IMG/VR virus record: IMGVR_UViG_3300034171_000062 | Span: 106,558 to 170,557 of that record | From: a virus | Lineage: Duplodnaviria > Caudoviricetes | Length of the DNA stretch: 64,000 bases | Strand: one strand, 5' to 3' | Shown here: piece after piece, positions 1 through 9,841 of the stretch | How the letters are laid out: each line of letters begins with the position of its first letter | How positions within the stretch are numbered: position 1 is the first letter of the stretch | Translations under genes and position numbers: made by a program | The notes under the pieces: model-generated | The model's input: the letters and a program-made list of their open reading frames with translations, nothing else | What the model was told of the DNA's origin: nothing | Databases searched by the model: none

Positions 1-303
1 CACGTGTTGTTGTACTGTGTGCCGTTCCTGGTTCTAGGGGCCTCTTTAAAGGCGTTAGTGGTCATAGGGGGTACACACTACCTGATTGATCGGTATCGCC
101 TTGCCTTGTACGTGGTGAAGCTTAAGACGGTCATTGACTACAGCACAGCTGGGTGTCATGAGATACGAACTCAGCTGTGCAACCTCAACGAACACGGTTT
201 CCCACAAGGAACGCCGGCTTACTTGGGGTTTTGGATTGTGGTCATTGTGGACAACACTCTCCACATCGCCATCAACGCGTGGGCCATTACTAAATTTGGC
301 TAA
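1..303 (+). CDS. DUF3307-like membrane protein, 5'-truncated by window edge
   Basis: Hydrophobic segments with THYLIDR and DNTLHI motifs typical of DUF3307; hairpin follows the stop. Confidence 0.55.
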   Translation, partial: HVLLYCVPFLVLGASLKALVVIGGTHYLIDRYRLALYVVKLKTVIDYSTAGCHEIRTQLCNLNEHGFPQGTPAYLGFWIVVIVDNTLHIAINAWAITKFG

Positions 304-343
304 CGGCATAGGAGGAGGCCACTGGCCTCCTCCTGTTATTCCG
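304..343. terminator. CGGCATA-flanked bidirectional hairpin
   Basis: AGGAGGAGGCC-ACT-GGCCTCCTCCT between convergent genes. Confidence 0.75.
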
Positions 344-1423
344 TTAGACGAAGTTTGGCTTATTGGACTCGAATATGGGTGTTCCTTCAGCGAACTGTGA
401 GTAGTAAAGTACATTACTCACGTCCCAGCCTGAGATGTTTTCATTAAACGACTCAGCAAATCGGAACATGGCGCCCATATCTACAACGCTTGAAACGTCC
501 CATTTAGACATGTCTTTGCGGTATGTTTCGGCGTCGTAAAACATGGATTTCATGGTGGCGACGTTACTGACGTTCCAATTACCAATGTATTGATCAAATG
601 CGAACGCGCTCTTGAATGTGTCTTCCATATTGACAACGCCGGACACGTCCCAGTTATCCAAGGGTTGGTTGAATACCGAATTGCCTTTAAAACACCGTCT
701 GATTGAAACGACGTTACTCATGTCCCAATGACTTACGTTGGAATTGAAGTCGGCAGCGTTCTCAAACATCGCCGCGGCTGAAGCGTTTGGTAAAAACCTT
801 GGCGAATCGGACGCACTGATCACAAACCCGGCCCGATCTCTGAACATGAATGTCGTTGATTGAAACTCCACCGTGCCCCATTGCATCACGTCTTTGATCT
901 GACGGCGACTATTGACCAGTGGGGCGGTAAATCCGTTAACCAAACCGATCACGATCACTTCGTACTGCCCTGGGGCGCCGTAGTCGTGAGACGCGCTTCC
1001 GCTGTAGGTCACGCGCGCGCTTCCATCACCCCAGTCGACGGTGACATCCGAACCGACATCAAACGGTAAGATCACATGGGTGGCTCCTTCGAGGTTGCCT
1101 TCGGTGTCCACCAGTAATTTCATACCAGCACCAAAGAAGCTCCCGGTAGTCATGATAACAGCGATGTCATCCCGCACCAGGGCGTTCATACGCCCTGGGT
1201 TGGAGAACAACTGATCGTCGTTGGTCACGACTGGGTCGTCCTTCTTGACCTGGGCGATCAACACGGCGTACTCGTCGCCTGTTAAAATCGCCAGTTCCTT
1301 AGCGTCGTCCAAGTCTTGCTGAGTGATGGCGGCAGCGGCGAAATCGACGACTGCCTGTTTGTAGTCGTCGATGGCTGAATTGAGTTCAACGCGTTTCAAG
1401 TCCAAGTCAGAAAGAGTGGCCAT
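344..1423 (-). CDS. BspA/DUF285 repeat protein with N-terminal coiled coil and PKD-like domain (paralogue 1)
   Basis: VDWGDGS PKD motif; five W(D/N)(V/M)SxV 25-aa repeats; GGAG RBS; N-terminus shared with genes at 4713 and 49464. Confidence 0.85.
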   Translation of the reverse strand: MATLSDLDLKRVELNSAIDDYKQAVVDFAAAAITQQDLDDAKELAILTGDEYAVLIAQVKKDDPVVTNDDQLFSNPGRMNALVRDDIAVIMTTGSFFGAGMKLLVDTEGNLEGATHVILPFDVGSDVTVDWGDGSARVTYSGSASHDYGAPGQYEVIVIGLVNGFTAPLVNSRRQIKDVMQWGTVEFQSTTFMFRDRAGFVISASDSPRFLPNASAAAMFENAADFNSNVSHWDMSNVVSIRRCFKGNSVFNQPLDNWDVSGVVNMEDTFKSAFAFDQYIGNWNVSNVATMKSMFYDAETYRKDMSKWDVSSVVDMGAMFRFAESFNENISGWDVSNVLYYSQFAEGTPIFESNKPNFV

Positions 1424-1479
1424 ATTTTACTCCAAAAAAAGTAATGATACGTCGGGAGATAGACTCTCGACGTGTTGAT

Positions 1480-2310
1480 TCAGTCGTATCCGCGTACCAA
1501 ATCGGACGCAGCTTCGATCGACGCTTGCAGTTGCTCCACCATGAACGCTTGAGTGGCGTAGAACTCCACCTCTTCAGCCATCACAAAGCTCACTTTGGCC
1601 AACTCACTGATTTTCAGTCCACTGGCTTCGTAGGTTTCTGGGTCGGTCTCCATGCGTTCGATGAGTTTGTTCAAATGTCCGCTGATCGTCTCCACCAGAC
1701 TCAACACTTCTTTACGAGAGATTCGTGCCATGCGCTCAACCAGATCGTTGAACTCCCCAGCGATCTTTGGCCAGTCGCTTTGACGACCGACCAGATCGCC
1801 GTAGGACCGACGTTCTGCGGAGTCTTTATTGAAGTCCTTCGCCATTTCCGTGCGCAGCGACTCAATGTCGTGGGTGACCACTTTGTCAATGATCTTAGAG
1901 TCCCGCTGTGACTTCAGAGTCTCTGGGTTACTGAGTAGGGTGGCTAAGTGCCGCTCAAACGGTCTCAGAGTCTCTGTAAGCAACTCATCAAGGGCATCCT
2001 GATTACGGTTCAACGAAGTCAAGTGTTTCAGGTAACTGACCTGTAGGCCCTTAGGGACCATGACGTTACGACGACGCAATGTCATGTAATCGCCTTTCTT
2101 GGACAACTTGGCGTACTTGCGTTGGTTGAATAGATCGAGCTGTAACTCTTCGTTGGGTAATAGACCATTGACAAACCCTGTAAGTTTGTCAAAGAATCCC
2201 GGCAGCTTCTCGCGCAAGCTATCGAAGGACCCGCGTAGGTTAATGGCTTCGGTGGACAATACTAGGGTGGCTTCTTCAAGAACGCCTAGGCTGACGGTCT
2301 GCTCAGACAT
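1480..2310 (-). CDS. Putative virion (head) protein, divergent from uvsX
   Basis: Helical ORF; likely start MSEQ at 2310 with GGAGA RBS; position next to uvsX as in phiKZ-like phages. Confidence 0.5.
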   Translation of the reverse strand: MSEQTVSLGVLEEATLVLSTEAINLRGSFDSLREKLPGFFDKLTGFVNGLLPNEELQLDLFNQRKYAKLSKKGDYMTLRRRNVMVPKGLQVSYLKHLTSLNRNQDALDELLTETLRPFERHLATLLSNPETLKSQRDSKIIDKVVTHDIESLRTEMAKDFNKDSAERRSYGDLVGRQSDWPKIAGEFNDLVERMARISRKEVLSLVETISGHLNKLIERMETDPETYEASGLKISELAKVSFVMAEEVEFYATQAFMVEQLQASIEAASDLVRGYD

Positions 2311-2430
2311 GATGTTTCTCCGACGGTATGCGAAAGATGGAATGCGGTTCATAAAATTTAACGGCACTCGGCGATAGTTTGACCAGAGCACACGACTCAC
2401 ATACTACATACACGCTTCTAGGAGTCTTAC

Positions 2431-3888
2431 ATGACAGGCTTTACTCCTGCTCCCCACATTCGTCCACGGCCTTGCGTCGGTGCTCTCATGGATATTCCAT
2501 GTGGCCGCTACCATAAAGGCAAGTATGGCGACATGATCCTAAACGGAGGATTCAGTAATTTCATTGGTTTTGGGGGTCGTGGCAACACGTTTAAAACCGC
2601 CTTGGCTTTGGCTAACTCGCTGCGGGTCCTTGACCGGTATGACACCGCCCGATTGACAGTCTATGACACCGAGATCACCTTCTCAATCGATCGCATCGAA
2701 GACATGTCGTCTCGGTTTAAGAATCTGGATTACATCACTGCCGTTGAAAGCGGCCGCATCATGCTAACGTCGGCGGCGGAACACAGCGGTAACGCTTGGT
2801 GGAAGATTGTTCGAACCCATGCGGAAGAACGCATGAAGAACGCCAAGAAGCTGAAGACGGATACGCCCTTCCTTGACCTGAATAAAGTACCGATCAAAGC
2901 CTTCCCTCCAGAGATCCATTTCCTGGACTCCATGAGTCAACTACAGACCGACGCGGTGGAAGAGATCTACGCTAAGCATGAAATCGATGCGGGGGCAGCC
3001 AACACAGACGCCTTGCGCGGCGCTGCCATCAAGACACGTCTGGTCATGCAAGTACCTCAGGTGACAGCTGGGGGTGGCATGACCCTCATTGCAACCGCAC
3101 ACGTGGGCGATGAGATGAAACTCGATCCCTACGCGCCGTACAAGCAGCAGTTGTCTTTTTTGAAGAAAGGACTGAAGTTCAAGAACACCCCAGAGAAGTT
3201 CACTTTCTTAACGTCGAACTGTTGGGTGGTGACTGACGCGCATCCGTTGATGAACAAGTCAACCAAGTCACCTGAGTATCCGTTACCTGGGTTTAACGAC
3301 GCAGTGGGCGATACCGACTTGCAAGAACTGAATCTGATCAACGTGCGTTCCAAGTCTGGACCCACCGGGCACGCGTTTAAGTTGATCATCTCCCAGACTG
3401 AAGGCCTACTTCCAAGTCTCAGCGAGTACCATTATCTGAAGGAACGTAAGGATAAGTTCGGCCTGGTAGGTCCTGAGGGGATTCAGAAAAGCTATCGATT
3501 AGCGTTGTACCCTGAGACACTGCTCAAGCGGACAACCGTCCGGGACACGATCGACGAAGACGAGAGACTGCAACGGGCGTTGGAGTTTACCTCAGAGTTG
3601 TGTCAGATCTATGAATACTGGCCAGACTTCGAACGTAAAGACATTGTCCATCCGCAAGAACTATACGACAAGTTAATTGAACTGGGTTACGATTGGAACA
3701 TAATACTTGACACTCGTGGGTATTGGACATTCGATCATTACGAAAACAAGGTACAACCTCTGTCTACCATGGACTTGATCAACATGTACCACGAGCGGTA
3801 CATCCCGTTCTGGTATCCTGATAAAGACAAGTTGAAAGTCAAATTGAAAGACCAGAGTGGTGATACAGATGGCAACAGTACTGCGTGA
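2431..3888 (+). CDS. uvsX: UvsX/RecA-like recombinase (phiKZ gp152-like)
   Basis: Walker A variant GRGNTFKT, YDTE, Walker B HFLDS; 485 aa; AGGAG RBS. Confidence 0.85.
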   Translation: MTGFTPAPHIRPRPCVGALMDIPCGRYHKGKYGDMILNGGFSNFIGFGGRGNTFKTALALANSLRVLDRYDTARLTVYDTEITFSIDRIEDMSSRFKNLDYITAVESGRIMLTSAAEHSGNAWWKIVRTHAEERMKNAKKLKTDTPFLDLNKVPIKAFPPEIHFLDSMSQLQTDAVEEIYAKHEIDAGAANTDALRGAAIKTRLVMQVPQVTAGGGMTLIATAHVGDEMKLDPYAPYKQQLSFLKKGLKFKNTPEKFTFLTSNCWVVTDAHPLMNKSTKSPEYPLPGFNDAVGDTDLQELNLINVRSKSGPTGHAFKLIISQTEGLLPSLSEYHYLKERKDKFGLVGPEGIQKSYRLALYPETLLKRTTVRDTIDEDERLQRALEFTSELCQIYEYWPDFERKDIVHPQELYDKLIELGYDWNIILDTRGYWTFDHYENKVQPLSTMDLINMYHERYIPFWYPDKDKLKVKLKDQSGDTDGNSTA

Positions 3889-4204
3889 TATTGCGGGTGA
3901 GCTCTTTGCTCGCTTACAATCACGCTCGCCGAATCATGCGGAGCGTTGGAAAGCGCTCTTCATCAATCAGCATCGAGCATGGACCCACGGTCCATTGCCG
4001 TCGGTGAATGTGCAGATCCGTGAGATCAATGAATTCTGGCGCGTACAGTTGGGGATGTTAACCTCTGACACCATGTACGCTCGGAGTTGCATCATGGACA
4101 ACCTCGATCCAGACATCTGGTTGAGGAACTTTGAACGCTACGTAATGGAGGTTGTCTTGTACGAGCCCATTCCAACACAACAGTGGAACGTCCGTTGCGC
4201 GTAA
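3869..4204 (+). CDS. Hypothetical protein
   Basis: ORF overlapping the uvsX stop and the next start. Confidence 0.6.
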   Translation: MATVLRDIAGELFARLQSRSPNHAERWKALFINQHRAWTHGPLPSVNVQIREINEFWRVQLGMLTSDTMYARSCIMDNLDPDIWLRNFERYVMEVVLYEPIPTQQWNVRCA

Positions 4205-4611
4205 TCGTAGCAGGCTCCCGAACGGTTATAGACTACATGATCGTTCGAGAGATGCTGCTATCCTTCATGCGAGATCATCCAGACGTTAAAATCACATGGA
4301 TCTCAGGACGGGCAGCGGAAGGCCCGGACGACATGGCGTATCACTTTGCGAAGTGGGACGTGGAAAGCGACGTGATTGAAATGAAGGCGAAGTGGGATGA
4401 GAACGGTCGGGGGGCCGGCTTCATCCGCAACGCGGAGATGGCGGAGATCGGCGACGAGCTGATCTTGGCGTGGGACGGACGCTCACACGGGTCCAAACAC
4501 ATGCGAGACACCATGCGGAAACTGAGTAAAACCATTCATGCCCGCGTGGTGAATGTTGAAGATCAGGCTGGACAATTTGAGGTCTTTGACTTTACTAGAA
4601 TCGCGACGTAA
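4183..4611 (+). CDS. SLOG-superfamily (YspA/DUF2493-like) nucleotide-binding protein
   Basis: VIVAGSR, ISGRAAEGPD, AGFIRNAEM, WDGRSHGSKHM motifs. Confidence 0.8.
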   Translation: MERPLRVIVAGSRTVIDYMIVREMLLSFMRDHPDVKITWISGRAAEGPDDMAYHFAKWDVESDVIEMKAKWDENGRGAGFIRNAEMAEIGDELILAWDGRSHGSKHMRDTMRKLSKTIHARVVNVEDQAGQFEVFDFTRIAT

Positions 4612-4712
4612 ACCCTTCGGGGTTTGCGTCGTTTTATGCCGCGGTGTCGATCGCTATCCTATGCGAATTTCCATACACATACTGCGCGCACGGCAACCTA
4701 GGGTAAAGTTAT

Positions 4713-5870
4713 ATGAGCGAATTATCGGAACTTAACATCAAACGCAGTGAACTAAACACATCTATTGAAACCTACAAACAAGCGGTGGCGGATTTCAACG
4801 ATGGGACGATTACTCAAGGCGCCCTAGACGACGCCCGCACAAACACTCAAGTCGTAGGTGATGAATTTGCCAGACTTATGGCGCAGGTGAAGAAAGACGA
4901 TCCTAACGTCACGAACGACGACCAGTTGTTTTCTAATCCATCGCTTATGAATGCACTGGTCCGGGATGACATAGCCACCATCATGACCACTGGACTATTC
5001 TTTGGTGGGGCCATGAAACTCCTGATCGATACGGAAGGGACAACCGCAGGGGCGACCAACGTCGTTATCTCGTTTGATGCAGGGTCAGATGTCCGTATAG
5101 ACTGGGGCGATGAGTCTAAGGTTCAAACGTATACTGGCGCCGCGTCTCACGACTACGCTTCGCCTGGGCAATACGAAGTCCAAGTCATCGGTACCGTGAA
5201 CGGCTTCACCACAGCCAGTGTCGCCAATAGACAACAACTCAAAGACCTCAGTCAGTGGGGCACGGTGGAATTCGCTTCGGCAGAAAGCATGTTCCGGTAC
5301 CGTACTGGGTTCACCGTTTCAGCAAGCGACCGTCCCACTTTCCTTCCAGAGTGTTCATGCGCACTCATGTTCTCGTCGGCAGCCGACTTCAACTCTCCCG
5401 TTGGCCACTGGGATATGAGCAATGTGGTCAATGTACGAGCAATGTTTTCATCCGCTATCTTGTTCAACCAACCCCTGAACCCTTGGGACGTGAGCAATGT
5501 GACGAATATGGAATCTATGTTCCAAGGCGCCAGCACCTTCAATCAGCCCTTGTTTAATTGGAATGTTTCGAAGGTAACGGATTTCTCATCCATGTTTTAT
5601 AGTGCGGTACTATTCAATCAGGGATTGAACCCTTGGGACGTTACTTCAGCGGTGGATATGTCGACCATGTTCTTCCGCGCCGGTGACTTCAATCAACCGT
5701 TGAATGCCTGGGATGTAAGTGGTGTCACGTTGATGTTTCGCATGTTCTACAACGCCACATGGTTCAACCGGAACATCTCCAATTGGACCGTGAGTAATGT
5801 TACAGATACTAATAGTTTCAACGATTTTGCGTCTCAATCGAACTTGGCCGCTGGTAATTCGCCGTTTTAA
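4713..5870 (+). CDS. BspA/DUF285 repeat protein (paralogue 2)
   Basis: IDWGDE PKD motif; six 25-aa repeats such as WDVSNVTNMESMF..FNQPL. Confidence 0.85.
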   Translation: MSELSELNIKRSELNTSIETYKQAVADFNDGTITQGALDDARTNTQVVGDEFARLMAQVKKDDPNVTNDDQLFSNPSLMNALVRDDIATIMTTGLFFGGAMKLLIDTEGTTAGATNVVISFDAGSDVRIDWGDESKVQTYTGAASHDYASPGQYEVQVIGTVNGFTTASVANRQQLKDLSQWGTVEFASAESMFRYRTGFTVSASDRPTFLPECSCALMFSSAADFNSPVGHWDMSNVVNVRAMFSSAILFNQPLNPWDVSNVTNMESMFQGASTFNQPLFNWNVSKVTDFSSMFYSAVLFNQGLNPWDVTSAVDMSTMFFRAGDFNQPLNAWDVSGVTLMFRMFYNATWFNRNISNWTVSNVTDTNSFNDFASQSNLAAGNSPF

Positions 5871-5898
5871 CGCACGATGATTAGACGCACCGGACGCC

Positions 5899-5928
5899 AG
5901 GGAGACCTTCGGGTCTCCTTTTATTCCG
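5899..5928 (+). terminator. Intrinsic terminator
   Basis: GGAGACC-TTCG-GGTCTCC followed by TTTTATT. Confidence 0.8.
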
Positions 5929-5979
5929 TAACGACACTGACCAATAAGGTGAGACAACCCCACATTCTTGGAGAGCACT

Positions 5980-6648
5980 ATGAATCCTGCGCGTAAAGAG
6001 GCGACCGACTACGCCCTTAAGTTGCTCAGTAAATTTGCCGGGAAGAACTCCTCAGTTACCGAATTGGAGAACATGCTCAACGGATTGACCGACGAGCAGT
6101 TCGACAACTACATGCAAAAGATGATTGAGGACGACGAGGTGTTGCCGTACATCGTTCCAAACCTGGGCGACATCCGATTGAGTGTTGAAAAGAACTTGAA
6201 GATCGCCGAAGAACTCAAGCATGAGTTTTTTGAGCGGTTGTGGTTAACCGATCCGGCGACTAACGAAACCTATCTGACCCCAGAGAAATATTTGGTCATC
6301 GACCTACCGCTGAAGCGATTGCAGCAACACTTGCACAAGAAGATCGCCATCCCAGACGACAACGCCCACGTCGATGAATTGACTGGGCAACCAACAGGCG
6401 TCTCCAAGGGCAGTGCGATCTCCTTCCCGGAGTTGCAGATACTGTATTCTCAAAATCTTGAGTCGACCATTAAAGAACTCTTTAAGTTCCGAGGGGGGGA
6501 CGAAGAAGCGTATAAGGCCCTCAGTCGAGAAATCTTGGCTGGCGGTCTACCGAGCATGGACGCTGTGGATACCGGCGACACCCGAGCTCGGTCTACGGAC
6601 GTGCTTCAGATCTTACTGAAGTCTGCCCATTTAGACAACAACTTATAA
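5980..6648 (+). CDS. Virion RNA polymerase beta subunit C-terminal fragment (phiKZ gp149-like)
   Basis: LKRLQQHLHKK..DELTGQPTGVSKGSAISFPELQIL aligns by eye to the RpoB C-terminus (LKLNHLVDDK..SLVTQQPLGGKAQ..GEMEVWAL). Confidence 0.75.
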   Translation: MNPARKEATDYALKLLSKFAGKNSSVTELENMLNGLTDEQFDNYMQKMIEDDEVLPYIVPNLGDIRLSVEKNLKIAEELKHEFFERLWLTDPATNETYLTPEKYLVIDLPLKRLQQHLHKKIAIPDDNAHVDELTGQPTGVSKGSAISFPELQILYSQNLESTIKELFKFRGGDEEAYKALSREILAGGLPSMDAVDTGDTRARSTDVLQILLKSAHLDNNL

Positions 6649-6661
6649 TAGGAACTAGGCG

Positions 6662-7213
6662 ATGCTTAACATAGACAGAATACACCACATCAAAGACGTA
6701 GCCCGAGTTTTGTTTTGTGACACCCAGTTAATTTCAACGCCCACTGGGAATCAAGGCGCCTACTCGTTCGCGGTGCAGAATGAGCAGTTGGTGGAAAAGA
6801 TCATGAGTACGCTGGGCGACAGCGGACTTCTGTACATAGCTACCTGGGAGAACATGACGGAACTTTGGGCCGACATTCGAGCATTGGACGATTATGGTCT
6901 TGCTCAATGGCTGTTGCAGTCTGCCTCAACGTTTCGTGTCTTAGGGTTTGAGAGTCAAGACGAATACGTTAAGTGGATTGAACAGCTGAGTATTGGGTAC
7001 TGTGGACACGTCGAATCCAGTGGTGCCGATGTGGAACGCTCATTGGCTCTAGACGATGAATACGCCGACCGACTGCCCCGAATGGAAGAGTATAGAAACC
7101 TGCTGCGTTGTAACCCTTGGTTCGTTTACTTGCTCAGTCTTCAATTGAGTTACCACGAGATCTATCGGGAACTCATTGGGTCGGAATACGAGATCAGTAA
7201 CATCAAACGGTAA
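6662..7213 (+). CDS. Hypothetical protein
   Basis: 183-aa ORF in the operon after the gp149-like gene. Confidence 0.65.
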   Translation: MLNIDRIHHIKDVARVLFCDTQLISTPTGNQGAYSFAVQNEQLVEKIMSTLGDSGLLYIATWENMTELWADIRALDDYGLAQWLLQSASTFRVLGFESQDEYVKWIEQLSIGYCGHVESSGADVERSLALDDEYADRLPRMEEYRNLLRCNPWFVYLLSLQLSYHEIYRELIGSEYEISNIKR

Positions 7214-7257
7214 ACAGACACCTTACCACTCACCTTCCGACACATGGACCTTGCGAT

Positions 7258-7971
7258 ATGAAACGTCGTATCTATGTAGAACTGGATGGGTTGCTTGACA
7301 CGCGTCTGGGAACCTTAATCCTACTGAACGAAGCCGAGGCTCAACGGGCCTTGGAACTGAACTACCACGACCGGAAGACGGACGATTGGATGGCGATGGG
7401 CATTGAGATTGCTCAACCGAAGTACCTGGACCGCTACCTCAATCGAGATGAGACCACCCTCATGACCTCTCGATGTACGGGACTGATCCCCATGATTCAC
7501 CGTATGACCCACGGGTTGGAAGAGATGGGGACTAAGACGCCGTTTGTTAAAGAGATAGTGGTGGACGTTAACTTTTGGCCCTACCGTCTCAGCGACGACG
7601 TGCGGTCGGAGATACTGGCGGCGGTCCGCACCATGGTCAGTCCTACGGTGTTGGTGGCCGACGTGTGGTTCTCACCGGAAGAGATGACACCTGGTCTCAT
7701 CGATCGATCTTGGGATGGGGTGATGATGTACGACTTCAATACCTGGCTGGTGAAACAGGAGGAGCGTCTGAAAACGACTCAGATCCCAACGATCCCATTC
7801 ATTGTTCCAGCGCTGTACGCCAATGCAGTACCCACTCCTGAAGAGACGGTGGTTGAGGATCTAGGGGAAGTCGATCCCTTCGCCGCCTTGGAGATGGTGT
7901 TGGCGGAATACGTGATGTTACACATGGTTGAACCCAAGTTCTTCAGTCTGGTTGATTTGAATGCAGCATAA
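7258..7971 (+). CDS. Hypothetical protein, possibly a degenerate HAD fold
   Basis: N-terminal IYVELDGLLDTR resembles HAD motif I with Glu for the first Asp. Confidence 0.55.
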   Translation: MKRRIYVELDGLLDTRLGTLILLNEAEAQRALELNYHDRKTDDWMAMGIEIAQPKYLDRYLNRDETTLMTSRCTGLIPMIHRMTHGLEEMGTKTPFVKEIVVDVNFWPYRLSDDVRSEILAAVRTMVSPTVLVADVWFSPEEMTPGLIDRSWDGVMMYDFNTWLVKQEERLKTTQIPTIPFIVPALYANAVPTPEETVVEDLGEVDPFAALEMVLAEYVMLHMVEPKFFSLVDLNAA

Positions 7972-8000
7972 GGGGAGGGGCATTGCCCCTCCCTCTATGT
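7966..8000. terminator. GCATA-flanked bidirectional hairpin
   Basis: GGGAGGGGCA-T-TGCCCCTCCC between convergent genes. Confidence 0.75.
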
Positions 8001-8042
8001 CCATTGCTGTAACGTCTTACAGGGTACGTCGATCTTATAGTA

Positions 8043-8507
8043 CTATTTTGTTTCCATGCGTTCGAGGAAGTCTTTCGACGATTCTTGACGCAAACCAATC
8101 TCGGTTTCCCCGTCTTCCATGTCAATGTCTGGAATGTCTCGGGTGTCTGGTAGAGGCAAGCGATCGACTTCGTAACCTGGTGCAACGGCCAACCCTCGTG
8201 GGTTAATGCTGAACATGCGCTCAACGATCTCTTGCACGGCTTTGCCGCTGGCTGCTGCGTCTTTATCTACATCGAGCTTCATGCGATTCACGGACGTTTG
8301 ATCCATGTCTCTCAAAGCTTGTAGTAGTTGCATGCGTTCGTCTTTGTCAACCGGCATGCCCCGGTGGGTCACGTCTTTAACAAAGTTCTTACGGATGCCT
8401 TGAGAATACCGAAGAAGACCTTCAGCACTCAGGTCCTCGTCTTCCTCAATCAGATCCCCTGGGGGGCGCTGCTCAAGGTATTCACCTTCGATGGCGTCAT
8501 CACTCAT
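8043..8507 (-). CDS. Hypothetical acidic protein
   Basis: 154 aa with GGAGGT RBS. Confidence 0.65.
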   Translation of the reverse strand: MSDDAIEGEYLEQRPPGDLIEEDEDLSAEGLLRYSQGIRKNFVKDVTHRGMPVDKDERMQLLQALRDMDQTSVNRMKLDVDKDAAASGKAVQEIVERMFSINPRGLAVAPGYEVDRLPLPDTRDIPDIDMEDGETEIGLRQESSKDFLERMETK

Positions 8508-8523
8508 AGGTGACCTCCAAATA

Positions 8524-8546
8524 GTTTCAAGAATATATCATCCAGG
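8524..8546 (+). promoter_or_regulatory. Putative phage (early-type) promoter
   Basis: GTTTCAAGAATATATCATCCAGG, one of seven similar intergenic motifs. Confidence 0.6.
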
Positions 8547-8582
8547 TATAGCTTCTGGGATTAGTCCAATGGATTAGAACTA

Positions 8583-9125
8583 ATGTTGAAAGAATTCTAT
8601 TGCCGACATCGCTATAAACGGTTGCTAGTATTCGACTTCGATCCGACCATCGGATACCTACAGTTGTTCGAGCGCTACCACCGCTTGTGCCGTATAGTGT
8701 CATTTAATAAGGCAGACTACCGCACTCGTATACGGTATTCAGTCTCCACCAAATGCGATCATTTAGGAGTACTCTTCGATTTATTAACCACCACAAAACA
8801 ACACATAGAGGCAGGGTCGATTGATCTTGACTCCATTGACGTACGTCGCGTAGGACGGGTTAAACGCCCGTTAGACGCTTGGCTGGTCAATGTCGATAAA
8901 GTACCTTACAGAGAAGACGAGGCCGCCGCTCAACTGCTCGCGATGACGGATATCATCGTACAGTTATTGCAGGCACTAAAAACAAAGAACCCCGCCCTGT
9001 ACGCGTACTATAATCAAAACATGCAATTTGTCCTCTACGACGTTGTCGAGGTGTTGGACGCTTTGCTTGCGATGCAACTGTCAGTTAACCGGGTGTTTGA
9101 TATAAAAAAACCGATAGGTACCTGA
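8583..9125 (+). CDS. Hypothetical protein
   Basis: 180-aa ORF downstream of the promoter motif. Confidence 0.65.
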   Translation: MLKEFYCRHRYKRLLVFDFDPTIGYLQLFERYHRLCRIVSFNKADYRTRIRYSVSTKCDHLGVLFDLLTTTKQHIEAGSIDLDSIDVRRVGRVKRPLDAWLVNVDKVPYREDEAAAQLLAMTDIIVQLLQALKTKNPALYAYYNQNMQFVLYDVVEVLDALLAMQLSVNRVFDIKKPIGT

Positions 9126-9148
9126 CCCTGAACCTTTAGGAGTTAACG

Positions 9149-9841
9149 ATGTCGGAGGAGATACATGAGATCCTCTCACTGGATGACCGCGGGATATCGA
9201 GCGCCAGCGACGCCCCGTCCAAGTTATTCAGAAGCATCCTGTTCGATCTACAGATCAATCGGATGACGTGGGATCGTTTGATGCGCGATTTCTTAACCAA
9301 CCCTCGCAGCGGCGTGGACAACACACCTACCAAACGTTCGTCTGAACGCAGTAACCTGAACCGTGCCTTAGCTCGTGAACGCGTAACTTGGAAGATGTTT
9401 CGAAAAGCGTTGCAGGTCATGAACCCCAAAGTCGTTTCCTATGAGTTGGAGTTGTCGTGGCAGAAAGATTATATCTTTCCGAACAAAACGCCCAATACTC
9501 TGAACTACAGTCCCATGGCTCGAGAGAACGAACTGGCTCAGATGTTTCGCATGTTACTGCGAGACGTTGGGGTCAGTCCAGAGATCTGGCAGCGGCTGGT
9601 TGAACGGTACTTGGATTCCACCAACATCAAACTGCGTGAGAACCCACCGGATCGTTCTACCTATCGGGGCAACCTGCGAAAAGCCTTGATCGAAAAACGC
9701 GAGTACACGTGGCCGACGTTCTGTAAAGGGCTGGGAATTCTAGGTGTGAAGGAAGCGACTATGACCGTGGCTTTAGAATGGCCGCGCAAAACCACACGCC
9801 ACAGTCACCATTTTAAAACCGGAATTGGAACTAAAGAATGA
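9149..9841 (+). CDS. Hypothetical basic protein with an internally duplicated domain
   Basis: Two copies of FR..L......W.RL....L....R..R.NL..AL.....TW..F.K.L; AGGAG RBS. Confidence 0.7.
   Translation: MSEEIHEILSLDDRGISSASDAPSKLFRSILFDLQINRMTWDRLMRDFLTNPRSGVDNTPTKRSSERSNLNRALARERVTWKMFRKALQVMNPKVVSYELELSWQKDYIFPNKTPNTLNYSPMARENELAQMFRMLLRDVGVSPEIWQRLVERYLDSTNIKLRENPPDRSTYRGNLRKALIEKREYTWPTFCKGLGILGVKEATMTVALEWPRKTTRHSHHFKTGIGTKE

Noticed and set aside
344-5870. Diversity-generating retroelement acting on the BspA paralogues
   Set aside because: No reverse transcriptase in the window and no near-identical template/variable repeat pair differing only at adenines was seen
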